DNA of 64,000 bases from assembly GCA_050950825.1 (NCBI GenBank), contig JBMNIH010000004.1:256001-320000 (forward strand). The letters are read 5' to 3'. Below the pieces are notes generated by a model. The model saw nothing but the letters and a program-made list of their open reading frames with translations. It had not been told where the DNA came from and did not search any database. Within the stretch, counting starts at the first letter, position 1; each line of letters opens with the position of its first letter. The DNA comes from Clostridia bacterium. GTDB lineage: Bacteria > Bacillota > Clostridia > JAAYHZ01. Made by a program: the position numbers and the translations under genes. Shown here one piece after another: positions 23,691 through 34,648 of the stretch.

Positions 23691-24310
23691 ACATTGCAGT
23701 TTTCGTATCCGGTGGTGGAACCAATTTGCAAGCTTTAATCGATAAAATCAACGGCGGATACATCACCGGTGCCAAAATCGCAGTGGTGGTATCAAGCAAT
23801 TACAAGGCATATGCCATCAAAAGAGCCGAAGAAAACGGTATTCCCTATAGAGTGATTTCAAAAAAGGATTTTTCCTCGATAGAGGAATTTGACCGAGCAA
23901 TGCTGGACGTATGCGAAGAGTACGGCATCAACCTGGTGGTATTGGCCGGATATTTATCCATGTTAGGACAAGGTTTTGTTTCCGCCTATAAAAACCGTAT
24001 TTTAAACATCCACCCGTCTTTGATTCCTTCCTTCTGCGGAAAAGGATACTACGGAATCACGCCTCATGAAAAAGCATTGGAGTATGGCGTAAAGATTACG
24101 GGTGCTACGGTTCACTTTGTGGATTTTGAATACGACAGCGGCCCTATTGTTTTACAAAAGGCCGTTGAAGTAAAAGATAACGATACACCGGAGATCTTGC
24201 AAAAAAGAGTTATGGAAGAAGCGGAATGGGAGATCCTTCCGCTGGCGGTGAAGTTGTTTTGCGAAGGAAAGTTAAAAGTGGAAGGCAGGAAGGTTCGCAT
24301 CTTGCCATAA
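23684..24310 (+). CDS. purN: GAR transformylase
   Basis: SGGGTNLQA, NIHPSLIP, GATVHFV..YDSGPI. Confidence 0.97.
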   Translation: MVNIAVFVSGGGTNLQALIDKINGGYITGAKIAVVVSSNYKAYAIKRAEENGIPYRVISKKDFSSIEEFDRAMLDVCEEYGINLVVLAGYLSMLGQGFVSAYKNRILNIHPSLIPSFCGKGYYGITPHEKALEYGVKITGATVHFVDFEYDSGPIVLQKAVEVKDNDTPEILQKRVMEEAEWEILPLAVKLFCEGKLKVEGRKVRILP

Positions 24311-24366
24311 ACTTTGACATTATACGGAAAGCGTGGTGAAGCTCCTGATTTTATTCAGGTGAATAT

Positions 24367-25629
24367 ATGAATATACTCGTAATCGGAGGCGGCGGCAGAG
24401 AACATGCCATCGTATGGAAGCTGTCTCGATCTTCTCATAATGTGAAGCTGTGGTGTGCCCCGGGAAACGGAGGCATATCCCGTTTAGCCGAATGCGTCGA
24501 CATCAAACCCATGGAATTTGATAAAATCGTATCTTTTGCAAAGACGCAAAAAACGGATTTGGTTGTGGTAGCGCCGGACGATCCTTTGGCGGCAGGGCTT
24601 GTAGACCTTTTGGAGGCAAACGGTATACCGGCCTTCGGACCTTGCAAGGACGCCGCCCGTCTGGAAGGCAGCAAGGCCTTTGCAAAAGATTTTATGAAAA
24701 AATACAAGATCCCCACGGCGGATTATCGGGTGTTTGACAATCCGAAGGATGCTTTGGATTACCTTGATGATTGTTCTTTTCCCGTGGTGGTAAAAGCGGA
24801 CGGCTTGGCTTTTGGTAAAGGCGTTATCATTGCGGAAGACAAAACAACCGCCGTAGATGCCGTTGAAAGCATGATGGAAAAGAAAAGCTTCGGAGAAGCC
24901 GGTAAAAAGATTGTTATTGAAGAGTTTTTAACCGGTCGGGAAGTTACGGTATTGGCGTTTACCGACGGTACGACCTTGCTTCCTATGGTCAGCTCCCAAG
25001 ACCATAAAAGAGTTTATGACAACGACAAAGGATTAAACACCGGGGGAATGGGAACCTTTGCTCCGAGCAAATTCTACGACGAAGAAACGGAAAAGCTCTG
25101 TTACGAGACTATTTTTCAGCCGACACTGGAAGGCTTGAAAAAAGAAGGAATCAAATACAAAGGGGTATTGTATTTCGGATTGATTTTAACGGAAAAAGGA
25201 CCCTATGTATTGGAATACAATGCCCGATTCGGCGATCCGGAGACCCAAGTGGTGCTTCCTTTATTGAAAAACGATTTGTCGGATGTTTTCATGGCGGTAA
25301 GAAATGAAAGCTTATCCGATGTCATTTTGGAATGGGAAGACAAATATTGCGTGTGCGTGGTTTTGGCATCCGGAGGGTATCCGGGGTCCTACAAAACCGG
25401 GTATGAAATACAGGGGCTTGATCGATACGAAAATTCGGAGGATATTCTTTTGTTCCATGCGGGAACGAAAAGAATGGACGAAAAATTTATGACGGCCGGA
25501 GGAAGAGTTTTAGGCGTTACGGCAAAGGGCAGAAGCATGGAAGAGGCCCGAGAAAAGGCGTATGAAGCGGTAAAACATATCCGTTTTACCGACATGCACT
25601 ACCGTACCGATATCGGCATAAAAAAATGA
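24367..25629 (+). CDS. purD: Phosphoribosylamine-glycine ligase
   Basis: GGGGREHA, LEGSK, QDHKR, NTGGMG, EYNARFGDPE. Confidence 0.97.
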   Translation: MNILVIGGGGREHAIVWKLSRSSHNVKLWCAPGNGGISRLAECVDIKPMEFDKIVSFAKTQKTDLVVVAPDDPLAAGLVDLLEANGIPAFGPCKDAARLEGSKAFAKDFMKKYKIPTADYRVFDNPKDALDYLDDCSFPVVVKADGLAFGKGVIIAEDKTTAVDAVESMMEKKSFGEAGKKIVIEEFLTGREVTVLAFTDGTTLLPMVSSQDHKRVYDNDKGLNTGGMGTFAPSKFYDEETEKLCYETIFQPTLEGLKKEGIKYKGVLYFGLILTEKGPYVLEYNARFGDPETQVVLPLLKNDLSDVFMAVRNESLSDVILEWEDKYCVCVVLASGGYPGSYKTGYEIQGLDRYENSEDILLFHAGTKRMDEKFMTAGGRVLGVTAKGRSMEEAREKAYEAVKHIRFTDMHYRTDIGIKK

Positions 25630-26243
25630 GTAAACGATTAATTGCAGTGATCGGAGGAAGCTTCAATCCGGTCCATAACGGACATATTGCCATAGGAGAA
25701 GCCGTGGAAAGGGCGCTTTCGCCCGATAAGATTCTCTTTATCCCTTCCTATATCCATGCAGATAAAGGGAAAGCGCAAGGGGCGTCGCCCGAGGATCGAT
25801 TTTTTATGCTGCAATTGGCCTTGGAAGGCCGATCCGGATGGGAAGTATCGGACATCGAATACAAGAGGGAGGAGACCTCCTACACCGTTCATACCATGGA
25901 AAAACTTACGAAGATGTACGAAAACACCGAATTCCATTTTGTATGCGGTGCCGACATCATGTATACCATTCACACTTGGAGAGAACCGTATCGACTTTTT
26001 CAATTATGTAAATTTGCCGTCGTTCAAAGACCGGGTTATACCACCGAAGAATTTTTGGAACAGGTGGACAGGGTAAGAAAAGAATACGACGGCCATATTA
26101 AAGTTATTGAGTGTGACCAATTGGACATATCCTCTTCGGATATTCGACAACGATTGAGCCGCGGTGCGGATGTTGCCGGTATGCTGCCAGAAAGGGTTTT
26201 GGAATACATTAAGGAAAAGGGGCTTTACAAAGCGAGTGTTTAA
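25626..26243 (+). CDS. nadD: Nicotinate-nucleotide adenylyltransferase
   Basis: GGSFNPVHNGH, SYT, ISSSDIR. Confidence 0.95.
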   Translation: MSKRLIAVIGGSFNPVHNGHIAIGEAVERALSPDKILFIPSYIHADKGKAQGASPEDRFFMLQLALEGRSGWEVSDIEYKREETSYTVHTMEKLTKMYENTEFHFVCGADIMYTIHTWREPYRLFQLCKFAVVQRPGYTTEEFLEQVDRVRKEYDGHIKVIECDQLDISSSDIRQRLSRGADVAGMLPERVLEYIKEKGLYKASV

Positions 26244-26250
26244 TGGAAGT

Positions 26251-26838
26251 ATGAATGCGGAAGAAATTTTGGCAAAACTGAAAAGCATACTGCCTGAAAA
26301 AAGATTTCGACATACCTTGGGTGTAACGGATACGGCGTTAAAGCTGGCACGAATCTACTCTGCAGATAAGGAAAGGGTTTTTTTGGCGTCATTGCTGCAT
26401 GACTGTGCAAAGCACATGACCGACGAGGAAATGATCGAATTTCTGAATAAAAGAAATATAGAGGCGGACCCCGTTATGAAGGCAATCGGGGGAAACGTGC
26501 TGCATGCTTTGGTCGCCCGATACTTGGCGCAAGAAGAGTACGGCATCGAGGATCCGGAAATACTGTCGGCCATCGAGTGCCATACGTTGGGAAAGGTCGG
26601 AATGACCTTGACGGAAAAAATCGTGTTTATCAGCGATTACATAGAACCCGGCCGAAAATTCGAAGGAGTGGAAGTGCTGCAGAAGCTGGCGCCGAAGAAT
26701 TTGGATGAAGCGGTCGTTGCCGCAATTCGTTCCACTCTCATGTATTTATTATCCGAAAATCGTCTGATTCATCCGAGGCTTTTGGAGACAAGAAACGATT
26801 TTTTAATAAAAAAGGCTTCGGAGGAAAAGGAGATGTAA
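26251..26838 (+). CDS. yqeK: HD-domain Ap4A hydrolase YqeK
   Basis: RFRHTLGV, LLHDCAK, HT, DYIEPGR; nadD-yqeK-rsfS order. Confidence 0.92.
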   Translation: MNAEEILAKLKSILPEKRFRHTLGVTDTALKLARIYSADKERVFLASLLHDCAKHMTDEEMIEFLNKRNIEADPVMKAIGGNVLHALVARYLAQEEYGIEDPEILSAIECHTLGKVGMTLTEKIVFISDYIEPGRKFEGVEVLQKLAPKNLDEAVVAAIRSTLMYLLSENRLIHPRLLETRNDFLIKKASEEKEM

Positions 26839-26977
26839 TCTTCTCTTCGCTTTTTGATTCATTCAAAATACAAATTAACCGTTTATAGCCGGCGGGTTTG
26901 TGGTATAATAAGGCAACATGGAAATATTGCTTTATGCCCGTGTTTTACAAATATTATGTTAGAAGGAGCAGAAAGTT

Positions 26978-27340
26978 TTGAACGAAAAAGAATTAGCCAA
27001 TAAAATAACGCAGGTTCTCGTAGATAAAAAGGGTGTCGATATCGTTCAGATCCATGTAGGAAACCTGACCACTTTGACGGACTATTTTATCATTGTCACC
27101 GGAACGTCGGACCGCCATATGCAAACATTGGCGGAAAGCGTGGAAGAAGAACTGCAAAAGGAAGGCATTCTTCCGCGGCCAAGCGAAGACCGAAAGAATA
27201 AAAGCTGGATTTTGTTGGACTACGGCGACGTGGTTTTAAACGTATTTGACGAAGAATCCCGTCGTATGTACAATCTTGAGCGGCTCTGGGCGGACGGCGA
27301 TATTCTTCGAATTGAAGAATTGATTCGAAAACACGAATAA
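26978..27340 (+). CDS. rsfS: Ribosome silencing factor
   Basis: DYFII.TG.S.RH, WILLDYGDVV, R.MYNLERLW. Confidence 0.95.
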   Translation: MNEKELANKITQVLVDKKGVDIVQIHVGNLTTLTDYFIIVTGTSDRHMQTLAESVEEELQKEGILPRPSEDRKNKSWILLDYGDVVLNVFDEESRRMYNLERLWADGDILRIEELIRKHE

Positions 27341-27390
27341 GATATTTTTGAGCATAGACATACGAAATTTATGACCGAGGTGTATATATA

Positions 27391-29829
27391 ATGGCGTACT
27401 CTGTTGAGACCGATAGGAAATGGCAAAAGATTTGGGAAGAGAAAAAATTGTATAAATTCAATCGAGACAATATCGATAAAAAGCTTTATTGTCTTGAAAT
27501 GTTTTCATACCCGTCGGGAGCGAAGCTTCATGTAGGGCATTGGTATAATTTCGGGCTAACCGATTCATGGGCTCGAATGAAGAGGCTTCAAGGTTACGAA
27601 ATATTCCAGCCTATGGGATTTGATGCTTTCGGACTTCCTGCCGAAAACTATGCTATAAAAACCGGAATTCATCCGAAGGATTCCACAATGAAGAATATCG
27701 AGACCATGGAAGACCAACTGAGAAGAATGGGCGCCATGTTCGATTGGGATTATGAGGTCAAAACATGCGAACCGGAATACTATAAATGGACCCAATGGTT
27801 GTTTTTAAAGTTATATGAAAAAGGCTTGGCATATAGAAAGAACGCTCCCGTGAACTGGTGCGATTCTTGTATGACGGTGTTGGCCAACGAGCAGGTTATT
27901 GACGGTCGCTGCGAACGCTGCGACAGCGAAGTTATTCGAAGGGATTTAACCCAGTGGTTCTTTAAGATTACGGAATATGCCGATGAGCTTTTGGATATGC
28001 TGCCTTCGCTGGATTGGCCGGAAAAAACCAAGAAAATTCAAACCAACTGGATCGGAAGGTCGAGGGGAGCAAAGATTCGTTTCCAAGTTGCGGATTCCGA
28101 TTTATCCTTCGACGTATTTACTACCCGTGCCGATACCTTGTGCGGAGTAACTTACGTGGTGTTGGCTCCGGAAAATCCTTTGGTTGACAAGATTACAACG
28201 GAAGAGTACAGAGACGGAGTAGAACAATACCGTATCATAACGGCAAAGATTACCGAAATCGATCGTTTGTCGACGGTGAAGGAAAAGACCGGCGTGTTCA
28301 CCGGTGCATATGCGGTTCATCCCTTGACCGGTGAAAAGGTTCCCATTTGGATCGCCGATTATGTATTGGCTTCCTACGGCACCGGTTGCGTTATGGCGGT
28401 TCCCGCTCATGACGAAAGAGACTACGAATTTGCTACCAAATTCGGACTTCCCATAAAACGAGTTATCAAAGGAGCACAGGGGCAGGATGACAGCCTTCCC
28501 TTTGTAGAGGACGGTACTTTGGTAAACTCCGATAAATACGACGAATTGACTTCCGAACAGGCCCGAGAAGCCATCGTTCTCGATCTGAAGAAGGAATCGA
28601 AGGGGGAAGAAACGGTCAATTACCGTTTGAGAGACTGGCTGGTGTCCCGTCAGCGCTACTGGGGGGCTCCCATTCCCATCATATACTGCGATGACTGCGG
28701 CGTAGTGCCGGTACCTGAAAAAGATCTGCCGGTAGAGCTTCCTTACAACGTGGAATTTACTCCGGACGGAAAGTCTCCCTTGTCCAAGTCCGAAGAATTT
28801 ATGAATACAACTTGTCCGAAATGCGGAAAGCCCGCAAGAAGAGATCCGGACACATTGGATACCTTCGTCTGCTCGTCCTGGTATTATCTGCGATACCCGG
28901 ATAACAAGAACGACAAAGAACCCTTCGATAAAGAATGGATTAACAAGATGCTGCCCGTGGATAAATATGTAGGCGGTGCCGAGCATGCGGCCATGCATTT
29001 GCTGTATGCCCGCTTTATTACGAAGTTTTTAAGGGATATCGGCTACTTGAATTTCGATGAGCCGTTCTTGTCCTTGGTCCATCAAGGACAGATCTTAGGC
29101 CGAGACGGGTTTAAGATGAGCAAGTCTCGAGGAAACACCATTTCTCCGGACGATTACATCAACGAACACGGTTCCGACGTATTCCGTTTGTATTTGGCAT
29201 TCGGTTTTGCCTATACCGAAGGCGGTCCTTGGAGCGACGAAGGAATCAAAGCCATTGTGCGTTTTGTAAACCGTTTGGAAAGATTGGTTGAAAACCTTAC
29301 GGCTATGGAAGAAAAGAAGAACAACCCGGTAAAGGAAGACGCCGAATTGATTTACGTTCTGCATAACACCATTAAATCCGTTACCGAGGATGCGGAAGTA
29401 TTCCAGTTCAACACATCCATCGCACGTATTATGGAGCTTTTAAACGCTTTGTACAAATACGAAGCCAATCCGGAAGGCATCAATTATGCCTTGTATAAAG
29501 AAGCGATTGAAAAAATGCTCGTACTGCTTTCGCCTTTCGCTCCTCACTTTACCGAAGAAATGTGGGAGAAAATCGGTCATACCGATTCCATTTTCAACGA
29601 AAAGTGGCCTGAATACGATGAAAAAGCGTTGGTGAAGAACGAGATCGAAATCGCCGTTCAAATCAACGGTAAAGTAAGAGGAAGGGTCATGGTAGACTCC
29701 TCCTTGGGCAAAGAAGAAATGGAAAAAGCTTTAATGAAAGACGAAGCCGTCCTGTCCTTGATCGGAGATAAAACCCCGGTGAAGGTGATTACCGTTCCCG
29801 GCAAGTTGATTAATATTGTTGTAAAATAA
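27391..29829 (+). CDS. leuS: Leucine-tRNA ligase
   Basis: YPSG.LHVGH (HIGH), KMSKS, FTTRADT editing domain. Confidence 0.98.
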   Translation: MAYSVETDRKWQKIWEEKKLYKFNRDNIDKKLYCLEMFSYPSGAKLHVGHWYNFGLTDSWARMKRLQGYEIFQPMGFDAFGLPAENYAIKTGIHPKDSTMKNIETMEDQLRRMGAMFDWDYEVKTCEPEYYKWTQWLFLKLYEKGLAYRKNAPVNWCDSCMTVLANEQVIDGRCERCDSEVIRRDLTQWFFKITEYADELLDMLPSLDWPEKTKKIQTNWIGRSRGAKIRFQVADSDLSFDVFTTRADTLCGVTYVVLAPENPLVDKITTEEYRDGVEQYRIITAKITEIDRLSTVKEKTGVFTGAYAVHPLTGEKVPIWIADYVLASYGTGCVMAVPAHDERDYEFATKFGLPIKRVIKGAQGQDDSLPFVEDGTLVNSDKYDELTSEQAREAIVLDLKKESKGEETVNYRLRDWLVSRQRYWGAPIPIIYCDDCGVVPVPEKDLPVELPYNVEFTPDGKSPLSKSEEFMNTTCPKCGKPARRDPDTLDTFVCSSWYYLRYPDNKNDKEPFDKEWINKMLPVDKYVGGAEHAAMHLLYARFITKFLRDIGYLNFDEPFLSLVHQGQILGRDGFKMSKSRGNTISPDDYINEHGSDVFRLYLAFGFAYTEGGPWSDEGIKAIVRFVNRLERLVENLTAMEEKKNNPVKEDAELIYVLHNTIKSVTEDAEVFQFNTSIARIMELLNALYKYEANPEGINYALYKEAIEKMLVLLSPFAPHFTEEMWEKIGHTDSIFNEKWPEYDEKALVKNEIEIAVQINGKVRGRVMVDSSLGKEEMEKALMKDEAVLSLIGDKTPVKVITVPGKLINIVVK

Positions 29830-30129
29830 AGAATTATTCATATTAAAAAAGAGCGATTGATTTCGCTCTTTTTTTTACTTATTTTCCATGTATTCTTTGT
29901 TAGAAACTCTCCAAACACTTTAAGAAACGACGCAAGCTTTATTTTAGCTTATATATTACCGAAAGGCCTTTTTATTCTCGATTCGTAAGGCTTCTTCTTT
30001 TGCATTTTCGATGCCTATTTGCTTCCCGTTATCATCGATACCGAACAGGATGGTTTCGTCGGTATAATTGGCATAAGCACAAACGGTTTTTATCGTTGCA
30101 CATTGACGTGCCGTGAATGTGCGGTATGT

Positions 30130-30816
30130 TCATTCAACGGTGATAAGGTTTCGTATTTGGCTGAATTTGTTTTCCTTAATGCCGGGGACGTTCATGATAT
30201 CCTCGATTTTTTGAAAAGGTCCGTTTTTTCTACGGTATTCGACGATGGCGTTGGCCGTTGAAGGGCCGATCCCGGGGAGAGTAGCCAGTTGGTTTGCATT
30301 TGCCGTGTTGATGTTAATTCGCTTGTACGACTCTTCGGAGGATTCATGACCGTCTTGTCCCGCTATAACGCCGCCGTCTCCGTCGATGATTTCCAATCCC
30401 GAAGGCATGCTTTCTCCGTCCGTTTCATGGATGGATTTGATGCGTAAGGTGACGTTTTCGTACAATTTGAACACCAAATTGATATTCTTGTTCGCATCCT
30501 CCGTAAACCCTCCGGCTAATACAATGGCATCGTAAATAATTTGGCCTTCTTCGAGTTCGTAGATACCCGGATTTTTTACGCATCCGGTGACATAAACCTT
30601 GATTGTTTTTTTGAGCGCGGTTTCTTCCTGTACATTATCCGAACCATCCGGTTCCGTCTCGTTTTCTAACGGATCTTCGAAATCTTCAATTTGAAAAGTC
30701 GTTGAAACGGACATGATGTATCCGATGGCGGAAAAGAATAGGATCAATGCAGCCGTAAGGAAGATGACGGTCTTTTTTCTCATTTGTATCTTCTTGCCTA
30801 CGATATTGATTTTCAT
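30130..30816 (-). CDS. comEA: Competence DNA-binding protein ComEA (SLBB + HhH)
   Basis: TM; VYVTGCVKNPGIY; ININTA...LPGIGP...VPGI. Confidence 0.92.
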   Translation of the reverse strand: MKINIVGKKIQMRKKTVIFLTAALILFFSAIGYIMSVSTTFQIEDFEDPLENETEPDGSDNVQEETALKKTIKVYVTGCVKNPGIYELEEGQIIYDAIVLAGGFTEDANKNINLVFKLYENVTLRIKSIHETDGESMPSGLEIIDGDGGVIAGQDGHESSEESYKRININTANANQLATLPGIGPSTANAIVEYRRKNGPFQKIEDIMNVPGIKENKFSQIRNLITVE

Positions 30817-31036
30817 CCTCTTTTTTTCCTCTTTCGTTATACGGAAAGGATAACACAGGAGGTAAGATCAAACAATCCCGGACGTCAAGAACGGACATTA
30901 TAACAGAAAAAACGAAAAAATTCGACATGAGAATCCGGCTTCGTTATACGGGTAAAACATTGAATTAATATAAATCGTTTTTCGTCTGTTTGGTATAATT
31001 GAGAGGTAAGAAATCTGATTTTTAGAGGAGACTTTT

Positions 31037-32155
31037 ATGTACGAGTTGGATATCGAGCAATTTTGGGCGGATGACGAATTGGCACACAAAGACAATTGCT
31101 TTTATAAAGATGCTCCCCAAGTGGCTTTAGGCATTCGAATGAGCGACGAATGCGTTTTTGCCGAACTGGACGTTCCGGGAGATCCTTGGGGAGATCTTGA
31201 TCCTTTATTAAGAGCCCGATACAACAAGATGTACAACGATAAAGCCGAAAAAATCGTAGGGCGAAGGCTGCTCAGTGAAAAAATCCCGAACCCGGATGCC
31301 GCCTTTCCTTACGTCAAAAGGATCGGAGAGATCTTCGGAGGCACTTACATACGGGGAGAATACACAAGCGAATGGCTTGTAAGCGACATCAAAACCTACG
31401 ACCTGCTGGAAAAAAGGCTGGATTATATTGACCGTATGGATTTGGCGGATTTTATGCTTCCTCCCAATTGGGAAGCCAAAAAGAATAGAATTTACGAAAA
31501 ATACGGAATACTGCCCGATCCGATTAATGCTATCCGCGGTCCGGTAACCTTGGCTTGCTCCATCGTAGGCGAAGAAAATCTCATCTTTATGTATTACGAT
31601 GCCCGCGAGCTTTTTGAAAGATTCGGTAAAACCATCGGTGACGTTATTATCGGTATGATCGATGTAATGAATAACGAAAGAGGAGCTAAAGCGCCCGTAA
31701 GCCGGGGATTTTCCTTTTACGACGACAACTGCGTACTGCTTACTCCCGAGATGTATGAAGTATTCGGTTATCCGATTTTAAAAAGAGTATTCGACTACAC
31801 GGCTCCCGGGGAAAGGGATCGCAGATACCAGCATTCCGATTCCGCCATGGAGCATCTTTTGCCCGTTTTGGCTCGCTTAAATTTAACCGGATGCAACTTC
31901 GGACCTACCGTTACGGTAGACAAGATACGAAGGTACATGCCGAAAACCCGAATCGACGGATGTTTGTCTCCTTTGACTTTTATGAGAAACAACCCGGATG
32001 AAATTATCGCAGAAGTGAAAAGAGATTGCGAAATGATCAAAGAGGCAGGAACCAAAGGTTTGAACCTTACGACCGCCGGTTCCATTAACAACGGCAGCTC
32101 ATTGGAAAGCATGCGGCTTGTAATGCAGGTTATCCAAAATTACGGAAGATACTAG
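31037..32155 (+). CDS. Uroporphyrinogen decarboxylase (URO-D/MtaA-like) family protein
   Basis: RGPVTLA, DDNC.LLTP.MY..F..P, HSDS motifs of the URO-D superfamily. Confidence 0.7.
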   Translation: MYELDIEQFWADDELAHKDNCFYKDAPQVALGIRMSDECVFAELDVPGDPWGDLDPLLRARYNKMYNDKAEKIVGRRLLSEKIPNPDAAFPYVKRIGEIFGGTYIRGEYTSEWLVSDIKTYDLLEKRLDYIDRMDLADFMLPPNWEAKKNRIYEKYGILPDPINAIRGPVTLACSIVGEENLIFMYYDARELFERFGKTIGDVIIGMIDVMNNERGAKAPVSRGFSFYDDNCVLLTPEMYEVFGYPILKRVFDYTAPGERDRRYQHSDSAMEHLLPVLARLNLTGCNFGPTVTVDKIRRYMPKTRIDGCLSPLTFMRNNPDEIIAEVKRDCEMIKEAGTKGLNLTTAGSINNGSSLESMRLVMQVIQNYGRY

Positions 32156-32188
32156 TATGCACGAATGGGGCAAGGAGGCTTAGGGTTT

Positions 32189-32755
32189 ATGATCACCTTT
32201 AAAAAGGCGGATTTTGACTGTTTGGAGCTCTATAATCAAATCCCCATGAAAGTTTTGGTTACAAGAATAATCGAAGTAAAAAAGAGTGGAACGGGTCTTG
32301 GCGGAATCGCATATGAATTTCATGAAAAGGACGTACGACCGTATATAAAAGACTTTGCAGAAGAAGGAGAGTCCGCCGTAAGATGGAAAAAAGAGTTTGA
32401 CATATCGCATTGGGCACTGTTCATGGCGTTTGACACCTTAAAGCCTATCGGCGGGGCCGTCGTAGCGGCAAGAACACCGTCTATTCGGATGTTAGACGGA
32501 AGAGACGATATCGCCCTATTATGGGACATCCGTGTTGACGATCATTACAAAAGGCAGGGGATAGGGCACCGGTTGTTTACGATGGCTGTGGATTGGTCGA
32601 AAGAGCAGGGGTACCAATATTTAAAGATTGAGTGCCAAAATACAAATCTTCCGGCTTGCAGATTCTATGAAAAGCACGGTGCCGAGCTTATTGTCGTAAA
32701 CGAGCATGCCTACGGAAACGGCGAAGTCATGTTTTTATGGTATCTTTCTTTGTGA
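32189..32755 (+). CDS. GNAT family N-acetyltransferase
   Basis: LWDIRV...KRQGIG, ECQNTNLPACRFY (SatA-like pattern). Confidence 0.85.
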   Translation: MITFKKADFDCLELYNQIPMKVLVTRIIEVKKSGTGLGGIAYEFHEKDVRPYIKDFAEEGESAVRWKKEFDISHWALFMAFDTLKPIGGAVVAARTPSIRMLDGRDDIALLWDIRVDDHYKRQGIGHRLFTMAVDWSKEQGYQYLKIECQNTNLPACRFYEKHGAELIVVNEHAYGNGEVMFLWYLSL

Positions 32756-32774
32756 TGAAAATAAAAAGAGGGGG

Positions 32775-34535
32775 CTACCCCTCTTGGTTTTGCTTGAGCT
32801 TTTCAATGACCTTGGCATCGGGATTTACATAAAGGGTCTTGTAGTCGGTGTATATGACCATTCCCGGTTTGGCGCCTTTCGGTTTTTTAACGTTTTTTAC
32901 CTTCGTATAATCTACCGGAACGTTTCCGGAATGCTTGGCCTTGCTGTGCCAAGCGGCTAACACGGCGGCTTCGTAAACGGTGCTCGAAGGTATTTCTCCG
33001 TAATCTTTTTTGATTATCACGTGAGAGCCCGGTATTTTTTGCGTATGAAGCCAAATATCGTTGGCTTGCGCGGTTTTTAAGGTTAATTGGTCGTTTTGCT
33101 TGTTATTTTTCCCTACATAGATCCTCAACCCGTCGGAAGAAAAAAAGCGGTAGGGCTTGGTTTCCGTTGTTGTTTTGGACTTCTTTTTCGCTTTTGTTTC
33201 TTTGATATATCCGTTCTCGATGAGCTCCCATTGGATTTCGTCGATTACCGCGTCGTCGGTGCTTGCTTCAAGCATTTGTTCTACGCTCTTTAAATATTCC
33301 AGCTCGGATGTTGTTTCTTCCATCTGCTTCAGCGAATATTCGTACTTGGCTTTTTCCTTTTGGTACCTTTTATAATACATCTGCGCGTTGTGAGCGGGAG
33401 ACTTGTTTTCGTCCAAAGGAATTTCCACGTATTGCTCCTCTTCGGCGTAGTAATTAAGCACGCGGGCGGCTTTCATACCGGTTTTCAAAGCATGGATATT
33501 GGCCGTCAGAAGCTCTCCGTACAACCTCCATGTTTCTCTATCGGCGGTGTCGCGGATCTGCTGCTCGTACAAAGCCTGTTTTTTCTCGCAGCGGTCCATG
33601 TTGTTGTGAAGGATTTTTACCAAATGGCTCTTTTTTTGAACCAAACGATTGGATTTGTCCTTGTCGGTAAAAAACTCGTCCAGCATCTCGTTGGCAGAAG
33701 GAAACTCTTTTAACGAAGCCATTTGGGTCAGCAAAAAGCAGTGGAAATCCAAGGGGGAAGGAGGATCGTCGGGCGTATAAGCAATGCAGAAGGCATATTG
33801 TCCTTTTTTAATTTCGTTTTTTATCCTCTCCGCCTCCTCGGCCAAACGAGCTTTCTCCAACGGGGTGCATGCGGAAAAGGGCTTTTTGGGATCGATATTT
33901 CCCCGATAACACACTTCCCTTGAAAGAAGGGGACTAAACCCTTTAATGTATTCCAAAAGGGTCTTTTCGCATGAGAGTTTTCCCTGTTGTTCGGTAAAGG
34001 CTCCGGGATCAAAATCATCGATTAATGTTTTGTTTTGCTGAGGGGGCATCCGGTAAGGACGTGCCGGCATGATTTCCCGAACCCGGTTCACCTCTTCGTC
34101 TACGTGTTTGATGGCATCCAATATGACGTCGTCTTTATTCGTCAATATGATGTTGCTCCATTTTCCCATAATTTCCGCAACCAGCTTTTTCACGACGGTA
34201 TCGCCCATCTCGTCCATGGTTTGTATATGAAGAACAACGATTCTTTCGTAATCGAAGCATGTGACCTCCATTATTCTTCCGCCGATCAGGTGTTTTCTTA
34301 AAAGCATGCAAAACGAAGGAGCGGTTTCGGGGTTCTTCTTGCTTTGTGTCGTCAGGTGGATACGGGGATAAGTGGAGTTGGCACTGATCACCAAGCGTAC
34401 TCTATCCTTTTGCGTTCGCAATTGCATGGTGACTTCATCTTTTTCCGGCTGGTAGACCCGTTCGATTACGGCTCCTTTTAATATGTGATCCAATTCCTTG
34501 GCTATACAATTCGTAAATATTCCGTCAAAGGGCAT
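32775..34535 (-). CDS. rqcH: Ribosome quality control protein RqcH (NFACT/FbpA)
   Basis: MPFDG, FCMLLRKHL, EIMGK.SNIIL, VGKNNKQND, PGSHV, VDYT. Confidence 0.95.
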   Translation of the reverse strand: MPFDGIFTNCIAKELDHILKGAVIERVYQPEKDEVTMQLRTQKDRVRLVISANSTYPRIHLTTQSKKNPETAPSFCMLLRKHLIGGRIMEVTCFDYERIVVLHIQTMDEMGDTVVKKLVAEIMGKWSNIILTNKDDVILDAIKHVDEEVNRVREIMPARPYRMPPQQNKTLIDDFDPGAFTEQQGKLSCEKTLLEYIKGFSPLLSREVCYRGNIDPKKPFSACTPLEKARLAEEAERIKNEIKKGQYAFCIAYTPDDPPSPLDFHCFLLTQMASLKEFPSANEMLDEFFTDKDKSNRLVQKKSHLVKILHNNMDRCEKKQALYEQQIRDTADRETWRLYGELLTANIHALKTGMKAARVLNYYAEEEQYVEIPLDENKSPAHNAQMYYKRYQKEKAKYEYSLKQMEETTSELEYLKSVEQMLEASTDDAVIDEIQWELIENGYIKETKAKKKSKTTTETKPYRFFSSDGLRIYVGKNNKQNDQLTLKTAQANDIWLHTQKIPGSHVIIKKDYGEIPSSTVYEAAVLAAWHSKAKHSGNVPVDYTKVKNVKKPKGAKPGMVIYTDYKTLYVNPDAKVIEKLKQNQEG

Positions 34536-34648
34536 ATTTGATCTCCTTTTTGTATTGTATCCTGAAAACAGGTTTATTCTATCATTATACCGGACGAGGG
34601 GTGCTTTTGTGATATAATTGAATTGACCGTTTTCGGGATGGAGGCATC

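Noticed and set aside
27340-27391. T-box leader for leuS
   Set aside because: Only a 50-bp gap after rsfS; no T-box motif.
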